DNA of 52,961 bases, taken from contig CAZMPB010000002.1 of NCBI GenBank assembly GCA_964567775.1, positions 1,376-54,336 of the forward strand, given 5' to 3'. The first letter of the stretch is position 1. Each line of letters starts with the position of its first letter. The stretch is from an uncultured Bacteroidales bacterium (GTDB taxonomy: Bacteria; Bacteroidota; Bacteroidia; Bacteroidales; CAIWKO01). Shown here one piece after another: positions 29,140-36,733 of the stretch. The notes under the pieces are model-generated. The model was not told where the DNA came from. It was given only the letters and a program-made list of their open reading frames with translations, and searched no databases. A program made the position numbers and the translations under genes.

Positions 29140-31935
29140 ATGAAAAAAATATATTCTGCTATTGTTTTATTTCTGTTATTATTTCCTGGCTACCTTTTTT
29201 CACAAACCGAAACACAGACGTATAATGTACGGTGGCATACCGAAGCCCAGGACATGTGGGGGCCTAACGGCTCAGCGTTTACCATGGACACATCGATCAA
29301 CCTTTTCGATGTAAATGAATCCGGCGTCAATACTTTTGGCTCTATTACCAATATTCTGGGCGGCGACTTTGGGGCGCTGCTTACCATCGACTATTGGTTA
29401 AGAATGGGTTCGAACTTCAATATCGACGGGTTCACCACAGGATGGGTCGATGTAAATTACCCGACCATTATCAATCTTACCTATCCCGACAGCATGACGT
29501 TCAATCCGGGACAAACGATTACCATTGCTTCAGATTATCAGGTCGATACGGGGTGGTTTCTGCAAACTCAATTCCCCACTTCAGGCCATATTTCTTTCGA
29601 CTTTTATTTTGGCTTTAACATAAGTGTTGATGCCGAAGTTTGTGTATGGAGTTGTACTAATTTTAATGTTTTTGATATTGGCGTACCCCTTGACACCACA
29701 TTGCTTTTCGATATTTCTGACAGTAACGGGGTGGCTTCTATCACATATCCGTGGTATGATCCCGCCATAGGTTTTTATATGGCGCACGACACTATCCTCC
29801 CCCTGGTCTTCAACAATCTTGGCGGCATCGGCTTGAGCGGCGTGATTACATTGCCATACGTGGAAACCAACGACTATATGCTCTCCAATGATAAATGCCT
29901 GTATGCAAAAGGAGACAGCGCATTCATGTGGTTTGACCTGGATATTCTTACCTTTCTTGGCGCTTTCGACCCATCTCTCGACTCCATCCTTGATATGTTG
30001 AACGGAACGATAGACATAGGGGCCGGCATCACCCTCGATTATAGTTTATTAACGATGAATCTTTTGGTAACAAGTTACATGGTGCAGAATTTCTCGTTTT
30101 GCCCTACTATTTGGGCAAATCTGACTTTCCCTAATAATTATTCGTATACCGAAACCATTCCGGGTTTAGGAACAGTGGTGAACTCCGGAAATGCAAACAG
30201 CATCACTTTCCAGGTCGACCACAACCTGAACTTAGACCTTCCGTGCGACATGCCAAGCAGTATGCCGGCTTATGTACGATTCTCGATGGACAATGATTTC
30301 AGAAACCATACTTTTGATAGTCTCACATTCACTTTTGTACTGACAGCGTTTACTTTTACGCTGAACCTACCGTCATTCCCCATAATGGGAGACTTCTGCA
30401 TCCCTGAATATTGCATCAACATGCCGGTTCCCTGTCCGGAAAAATCTTTAGGAAATGATACCTGCTGGCAGTTGGTATGCTTCCCGGAGATCTGCGCTCC
30501 GGCTACTCAACAACCCGATCTCAGTTATACCATAGGTCCTTTGATCAATTTGAGCATCCCATTGGGCCACATAGAATTTGACTGGTTCGACGACACATGG
30601 GAATTGGGGGAATTTCTGCCCGACAACAGCGGTATAGGTTTGTTTGATACCGTTATGACGAGTCAGTTGATCATGTATCCCAACGATCCTTTCTACACCG
30701 AAATTGAAGGACCTAATGTAATCTGCTTTGGCGACACCGATGCCGTAATCACAGTTTTTGCACATAACGGAACACCGCCGTATTCCTACGTTTGGAACAC
30801 AGGTCATTCTGTTACGACCAACGCAACGGCAGACAGCATCACGGTCGGTGTCGGAAACTATATGGTTACCGTTACCGATGTCAACGGTTGCTCTTCTACT
30901 GAACAGCTAATCATATATTATGTGAACCCGGAAATTTTCATTAATCTGACAGGTACAGACATAAACTGCGCCGGAGACAGTACCGGAATGATCGTGGCAA
31001 ATGTCTGGGGCGGCACGCCGGGCTATACTTACGACTGGGTTCCTTTCGGAGGCAACAGCGATACAGCAAGCAACCTGCCTCACGGCACGTATATTCTGAA
31101 TGTTATTGACTCCGTGGATTGTCCCAAATCAGACACTATTACCCTGATAGAACTGCATCCTTTGCCTCCGGTAAATTTCATTGCCGATGTTACAGAAGGC
31201 TGTGAGCCTTTAGTTGTAAACTTCAGCGAATTAAGCCCTGACCAGGGTCAGACCTACGAGTGGAATTATTTCGACAGCACTGCACACGATACCATCAAAA
31301 ACCCAACCCATATTTATCAAAACTATGGCACCTATGATGTTTCTTGCACCGTGGTTTCAATTTACGGATGCGACAGCACCATGTTCAGGCCGGCTTACAT
31401 CAATGTTTACCCGAAACCGGTTGCCGAATTCACCCTGGCGCCAAGTGTCGTAAAGAAAACAGAATACCCGACATGGACCGTGTTCTTCGATGACCAGTCT
31501 ACATTTGCGTATTCATGGAATTGGGATTTTAATGATCCCGGATCCGGATCTGGCAATACCTCAGATTTAGAATCGCCGTCACATTCCTTTACAGGAGAAA
31601 ATATTTATTATGTTTCGATGATCGTAACTTCCGACCATGGATGTAAAGATACGGTGGTTCATAAGGTGGAAGTTATTGACGATGTCCTTAAGTATGAAAA
31701 CGTATTTACCCCCAATAATGACGGGTTCAATGATGTTTTTAAAATCGAAAAGGTCGAGAAATATCCCGAAAACAAACTCACCATTTTTAACCGTTGGGGA
31801 AACAAAGTATTTGAGGCTGACCATTACCGGAATACATGGAATGCCGAAGGTATACCCGATGGCGTTTACTATTATATTTTCGATGCAGGGAATGGAAGTA
31901 AAACGGTCGAAGGAACAATTACTATTATCAGATAA
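29140..31935 (+). CDS. T9SS type-B sorting-domain cargo protein: unrecognised N-domain + SprB-type repeats + PKD + gliding-motility C-terminal domain
   Basis: Signal peptide; 'CFGDTDAVITV.A.NGTPPYSYVW' and 'C.GDSTG.I.A.V.GGTPGYTYDW'; PKD 'GCEPL.V.F...S......Y.W.F'; C-terminus 'FTPNNDGFNDVF....V......L.IFNRWGNKVFE'. Confidence 0.85.
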   Translation: MKKIYSAIVLFLLLFPGYLFSQTETQTYNVRWHTEAQDMWGPNGSAFTMDTSINLFDVNESGVNTFGSITNILGGDFGALLTIDYWLRMGSNFNIDGFTTGWVDVNYPTIINLTYPDSMTFNPGQTITIASDYQVDTGWFLQTQFPTSGHISFDFYFGFNISVDAEVCVWSCTNFNVFDIGVPLDTTLLFDISDSNGVASITYPWYDPAIGFYMAHDTILPLVFNNLGGIGLSGVITLPYVETNDYMLSNDKCLYAKGDSAFMWFDLDILTFLGAFDPSLDSILDMLNGTIDIGAGITLDYSLLTMNLLVTSYMVQNFSFCPTIWANLTFPNNYSYTETIPGLGTVVNSGNANSITFQVDHNLNLDLPCDMPSSMPAYVRFSMDNDFRNHTFDSLTFTFVLTAFTFTLNLPSFPIMGDFCIPEYCINMPVPCPEKSLGNDTCWQLVCFPEICAPATQQPDLSYTIGPLINLSIPLGHIEFDWFDDTWELGEFLPDNSGIGLFDTVMTSQLIMYPNDPFYTEIEGPNVICFGDTDAVITVFAHNGTPPYSYVWNTGHSVTTNATADSITVGVGNYMVTVTDVNGCSSTEQLIIYYVNPEIFINLTGTDINCAGDSTGMIVANVWGGTPGYTYDWVPFGGNSDTASNLPHGTYILNVIDSVDCPKSDTITLIELHPLPPVNFIADVTEGCEPLVVNFSELSPDQGQTYEWNYFDSTAHDTIKNPTHIYQNYGTYDVSCTVVSIYGCDSTMFRPAYINVYPKPVAEFTLAPSVVKKTEYPTWTVFFDDQSTFAYSWNWDFNDPGSGSGNTSDLESPSHSFTGENIYYVSMIVTSDHGCKDTVVHKVEVIDDVLKYENVFTPNNDGFNDVFKIEKVEKYPENKLTIFNRWGNKVFEADHYRNTWNAEGIPDGVYYYIFDAGNGSKTVEGTITIIR

Positions 31936-31953
31936 AATATTTTTATAATTATT

Positions 31954-34900
31954 ATGAAACTTGTATTAAGAAAAGCTTTTTTAAACCTTGCTGTGATCTG
32001 TTTTTTTCTGACCTTATGTTCTCAATCACATGCCTCCACCCAGAATGCCAGCGGACCGCTTACTGTTACCACAACATGGTCTACAGATACCGTTAAAATT
32101 ATCGGGGATTTCACTGTCAACAGCGGCGTTACGCTTACAATTAATTCCGGCACTATAGTAATTTTCCTGGGCCATTATAAATTCAATGTCAATGGGCGCC
32201 TCCTTGCAAACGGATTAGAAAATGATATAATCCGTTTTACCATCAACGACACCACCGGTTTTTCCACGATGACTTCAAACAGCGGTGGTTGGTATGGTAT
32301 CAGGTTTGTGAACAATACAAGTGCCGATACATCCAAACTTGTTTATTGCCATTTTTCTTACGGAAAAGCTAATGGAACCGGCGATGATGCCAATGGCGGG
32401 GCCATTTATGTTAATAATTTTTCAAAACTAAAAATTGTAAATTGTATCTTTGATCATAATGCCGCCAAATCAAACGGAGGAGGGATATACGTGCGGAAAT
32501 CAAGCATCGTGGTAAGGTTTAATGAATTTACCAACAACAAAGGTGTAAGCGGCGGGGGATTATATACCAGTTCCGGTGCGCCATCGATCGACAACAATGC
32601 TTTCATTTCCAATTTTGCGAGCAACGGAGGGGGAGGATTATTTTTGGCCGACACCACTTTAGCAAAAGCTCACGGAAACCTTATCAGGCACAATATGGGA
32701 TTGTTGGGCGGCGGTGTGGGTTGTTACCTCGCAAGCCCTGCTTTGAATAACAACACCATTGTTTTCAACAAGGCTACACATGGTGGCGCTTTGATATGCA
32801 TCAACTCAAGCCCTACTTTTAACAATGACATTTTATACAGCAACACAGCATCCGGTATCGGTAATCAGGTTGCACTGATGACCGACCTGTGCGACCCGAA
32901 TTTTTATTACTGTAATATTCAGGGCGGATATGCCGCTTTTGGCATACAAGGTACCCAGACTTATACAGGTCAATATCTTAACAATTTAGCAGTACCGCCT
33001 CAATTTGAAGACACGGTACTGCATAATTACCTGATAAAATTCACATCCCCGTGTAAAGATGCCGGAACACCCGATACAACAGGGCTTAAACTCCTGAAAA
33101 TAGATATTGCCAAAAAGCCGCGTATCAGTATGGGGCGGATCGATATAGGCGCCTATGAACGCGAGCAGGTAGCCAGTGTTTGCGGAAATATTACTCAAAA
33201 TACCTTGTGGAATGCCGATACGGTAAAACTCACCTGTAATATTGTCATAAATAATGGCGTTACCCTGACGATAAATCCTAAAGTATATGTTGAATCGCAA
33301 GGTCATTACTCCATAACAGTCAACGGAAGAATTGTGGCCAACGCCAATGCGACTGACAGCATTATTTTTACATCTAAAAACACGAGTACCGGATGGGCGG
33401 GAATTATCTTTAACAGTACCCCGGCAGGCAACGACACCTCAAAATTCTCGTTTTGCCGCTTTAATTATTCTAAAAACACCTCTCTAAACGGAGGCGCTTT
33501 GAATGTTACTAATTTTTCAAAAATAAAAATCAGTAACTGCTTGTTTAAAAATAACGAAGCTTTGAATGGTGGAGCCATATATGCATATAACTCCTCCATT
33601 TCTGTTTCTAATTCAGGTTTTAGAAATAATACGGCAAACAATTATGGTGCAGCACTCTATTGCGAAACAAATTCCAATTTATCAATAACAAAATGTACTA
33701 TTGATCACAATATCGCCACTGCCGGAGCCGGCATTTATTCCAACCTTTCCATCCCCAATGTCAAATCTTCTGTTTTTTCTAATAATTATGCTCCTGAAGG
33801 CGCCGCATTACTATGTGACTCATCAAATGCCAAAATCATCAACTGCTTGATTATCAATAATACCGCTACAAATGGCGCCGGCATTAAAATATACCGTTCA
33901 AATCCGCAACTCACCAATAATACTATTTCATACAACCTGGCGAATGCTAACGGTGGCGGTTTGTATTTATCACGTTCGACCCCCACCCTGACAAACACTG
34001 TTTTGTACGACAATACGGCCACCACATCCGGAAACCAGGTATATCTTAATGATACGCTGAGTACTCCTGATTTCTACTATTGCGATGTACAGGGAGATAC
34101 TACAGCAATGGGTAAAAACGGATTTACAACGTTTCACGGGATATATCTGAATAATATTGACACCATTCCGGCATTCATGGCACCTCCGGCCGGTGCAGGA
34201 ATTACGTATTCAGGACTATCTTCAAATTGGGCTCTTGATCCTTGCTCTCATCTTTATAACAGAGGAAATACCGATACCACCGGACTAAAACTTCCCACCA
34301 AAGACCTGGACGGAAATGCACGTATCTATGCTAACCGTATTGATATGGGAGCCTACGAATTGATCAAACCATATTTTGTTGTCCAATCAGCACCTGTGGA
34401 CATTTGTGCCGGCGACACAGCCATGTTTAGCGTTTCTGTTGAATCCAGTTTCCCGGTAACCTATTTGTGGCAATACAGCTCAACAGCAGGACTTATATGG
34501 CTTTCCGCCCTAAATGACAATAATGACTCTGTTTATTACATAAATAGCGTCTCATCCGGTCAGAACAATTACTATTACCGCTGTATTATTTCTGCTTCAT
34601 GCACCCAGAACATCATCTCAAATAGTGTTCCTTTGCTTGTTTATCCTCCTACCTCTATAAGCACACAACCCCTTAATGTCAACATTTGCCAGAATGAAAC
34701 TACAAATTTTACAGTTAATGCTGTTGGTTCCACACTCATGTATCAATGGCAACAACAACCCCCTGCAGGTACCTGGACAAATTGCACAGGAACATCTGCC
34801 ACTCAGGCAACCTATACCATTACGAATACTCCTTTCAGTTTAAACGGATATAAATACCATTGCCTGATCACAGGAGATTGCGATCCTGATACAGTAACCA

Positions 34901-35988
34901 TTGATGTTTTACTGACCGTTAAAGCGCTTCCCGCAATCACCAATCAGCCATCAAATCAGAGTGCCTGCCAGGGACAGGATGTCTCGTTCAGTATTACGGC
35001 AACAGGTACGAATATTACTATGCAATGGGAAGAAAGTACGGATGCCGGAGCCTCATGGCACAATGCTCCCGGCGCATCAACTGCCAGCACTTACAGTATA
35101 ATAGGAATAATACCTACAATGAGCGGTAATAGATACCGCTGCATTGTTACAGGAGATTGCCAGCCTCCTGATACGTCCAATATTGTCACGCTTTCGGTGA
35201 ATACAAGCCCTGTTATCACCACACAACCAAGCACCACGCATGTTTGCGTTGCCTCCGACACATCAATAAGCGTTGTCGCATCTGGAGGCAATCTAACCTA
35301 CCAATGGGAAAAGAAAGCGCCATCAGATACGGCATGGTCAAATGCTCCGGGACCAACGGCCGTTTCGGCAGCTTACCAAATAGATAATGCGTCCATGGTC
35401 AATAGCGGAACCTGGTTCAGATGCCGCATACAAAACATTTGTCCGCCGGCAACAGTGTCGGATAGTGTACAACTTTTTGTTCATGCACTACCCACTGCTT
35501 ATCTTGGCCCCGACGATTCGATTTGGCTATACAACGAATCGGTCGTTCTGAATGCCGGCGGTGGCTTTACATCATATCACTGGTCAACAGGAGAAACAAC
35601 ACAGACAATTACAGTTGTCGGGTTAACCGTACAGATCGGCCCGCATATGTACACGGTTACCGTTACGGATAGCTGGGGATGCAGCGCCACCGATAATATT
35701 ACTATTACAGTGTTAGACAACACCGGTATTTCCATAACCGAATCAGAAACAAACATCAATATCTTTCCTAACCCGGTTAATAATCTCCTGTATGTTGATA
35801 TAAAAAATAATCCCAAGCCCGTTGTCGTGAGTATTGCAAACATTGAGGGACAGTTTCTTCTTTCTAATATCTTTGAATTGAATTCCGGGCGCCAGGTAAT
35901 TGATCTATCTGGTTTTTCAAATGGAATTTATGTTATTACTGTTTCGGTGGACGGGAGAATATATAAAGAAAAGATTGTAAAATATTGA
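31954..35988 (+). CDS. Large surface protein: two right-handed beta-helix modules + four Ig-like domains + T9SS type-A sorting domain
   Basis: Repeated 'N.A..GGA(I/L)Y...S.....C.F..N.A' beta-helix turns occur in two modules, each ending 'RID(I/M)GAYE'. Four Ig-like units follow with the pattern 'Y.WQ.......W........Y.I........G..Y.C.(I/V)...C'. The C-terminus is 'NI.IFPNPV.N.L.V......V.I.N..GQ......G.Y.I.V'. Confidence 0.85.
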   Translation: MKLVLRKAFLNLAVICFFLTLCSQSHASTQNASGPLTVTTTWSTDTVKIIGDFTVNSGVTLTINSGTIVIFLGHYKFNVNGRLLANGLENDIIRFTINDTTGFSTMTSNSGGWYGIRFVNNTSADTSKLVYCHFSYGKANGTGDDANGGAIYVNNFSKLKIVNCIFDHNAAKSNGGGIYVRKSSIVVRFNEFTNNKGVSGGGLYTSSGAPSIDNNAFISNFASNGGGGLFLADTTLAKAHGNLIRHNMGLLGGGVGCYLASPALNNNTIVFNKATHGGALICINSSPTFNNDILYSNTASGIGNQVALMTDLCDPNFYYCNIQGGYAAFGIQGTQTYTGQYLNNLAVPPQFEDTVLHNYLIKFTSPCKDAGTPDTTGLKLLKIDIAKKPRISMGRIDIGAYEREQVASVCGNITQNTLWNADTVKLTCNIVINNGVTLTINPKVYVESQGHYSITVNGRIVANANATDSIIFTSKNTSTGWAGIIFNSTPAGNDTSKFSFCRFNYSKNTSLNGGALNVTNFSKIKISNCLFKNNEALNGGAIYAYNSSISVSNSGFRNNTANNYGAALYCETNSNLSITKCTIDHNIATAGAGIYSNLSIPNVKSSVFSNNYAPEGAALLCDSSNAKIINCLIINNTATNGAGIKIYRSNPQLTNNTISYNLANANGGGLYLSRSTPTLTNTVLYDNTATTSGNQVYLNDTLSTPDFYYCDVQGDTTAMGKNGFTTFHGIYLNNIDTIPAFMAPPAGAGITYSGLSSNWALDPCSHLYNRGNTDTTGLKLPTKDLDGNARIYANRIDMGAYELIKPYFVVQSAPVDICAGDTAMFSVSVESSFPVTYLWQYSSTAGLIWLSALNDNNDSVYYINSVSSGQNNYYYRCIISASCTQNIISNSVPLLVYPPTSISTQPLNVNICQNETTNFTVNAVGSTLMYQWQQQPPAGTWTNCTGTSATQATYTITNTPFSLNGYKYHCLITGDCDPDTVTIDVLLTVKALPAITNQPSNQSACQGQDVSFSITATGTNITMQWEESTDAGASWHNAPGASTASTYSIIGIIPTMSGNRYRCIVTGDCQPPDTSNIVTLSVNTSPVITTQPSTTHVCVASDTSISVVASGGNLTYQWEKKAPSDTAWSNAPGPTAVSAAYQIDNASMVNSGTWFRCRIQNICPPATVSDSVQLFVHALPTAYLGPDDSIWLYNESVVLNAGGGFTSYHWSTGETTQTITVVGLTVQIGPHMYTVTVTDSWGCSATDNITITVLDNTGISITESETNINIFPNPVNNLLYVDIKNNPKPVVVSIANIEGQFLLSNIFELNSGRQVIDLSGFSNGIYVITVSVDGRIYKEKIVKY

Positions 35989-36118
35989 TTTATTACACAA
36001 AAAATAATTTAATAAAACCAAACATTATTGTATTTTTTTTCGTTTAAGAATTGTTGAACATGATAAATTCTGATTTTATATTTAAGGAGTTTTTTTTCTT
36101 ATTTCGTGAATTTTAGTC

Positions 36119-36126
36119 TATATTTG
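36119..36126 (+). promoter_or_regulatory. Candidate -7 box (TATATTTG) for cassette copy 2
   Basis: Matches TAnnTTTG. Its G lies 44 nt before ATG 36170. Confidence 0.35.
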
Positions 36127-36169
36127 TACTATCTGTTTTTATGATAATTATCAATTTTTACTTTTACCC

Positions 36170-36718
36170 ATGAATAAAATAACCGGCAACATTTTAAAAA
36201 CAATTTTGGCAGTTGCCTGTTTTTGTTGCTCCTATGGTTCATTTTCACAGGGGTTCAGTCAGGCACAAAAAGATTCCGTTCTGAATGCTTACGTTACTAT
36301 ACCCAACAGTGATATCAGCATGGTTCCGCCTGCATATTTCAAGGCATTCGTTAAGGATGGCAAATTTGGTTTCATGCATGATGGCGCAGGGGCTTCTATT
36401 TCTATAGAGGAAATTATAGGAACACCCTATCCTATTGTGGTTCAGTATATGTCAAAAGAATACCTGGAAACACAAAATGTAAAGTTTATCACTAAAGAAA
36501 ATATTCAGACAAGGGACAAAAAAGATGCGGTACTTTACCTGGTAAGCTTTTCAGTCAAAAGTAAAGACGGGATCAAAGAATTACAATACGAACGATTGAT
36601 GCTGTTTACCGGAGACTATAACCGGACGATCTGGATAAGTGCAAATTATCCGATAGTCGCCCGAAAGATGCTTTTTGTCACGTTAAGGGAAAGTTTATTA
36701 TCAGTGAAATTTGATTAA
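36170..36718 (+). CDS. Small secreted protein, cassette partner (paralog of 28622-29125)
   Basis: 182 aa with a signal peptide or lipobox-like 'LAVACFCC'. Shares 'GFMHDGAGASISIEEII' and 'YERLMLFTGDYNRTIWISANYPIV'. Confidence 0.6.
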   Translation: MNKITGNILKTILAVACFCCSYGSFSQGFSQAQKDSVLNAYVTIPNSDISMVPPAYFKAFVKDGKFGFMHDGAGASISIEEIIGTPYPIVVQYMSKEYLETQNVKFITKENIQTRDKKDAVLYLVSFSVKSKDGIKELQYERLMLFTGDYNRTIWISANYPIVARKMLFVTLRESLLSVKFD

Positions 36719-36733
36719 GCGAAAACACACAAA

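Noticed and set aside
36141-36173. A 10-codon uORF (MIIINFYFYP) whose TGA overlaps the ATG of the small cassette gene.
   Set aside because: There is no counterpart upstream of the paralogous cassette at 28622. The sequence is AT-rich, so this is likely a chance ORF.
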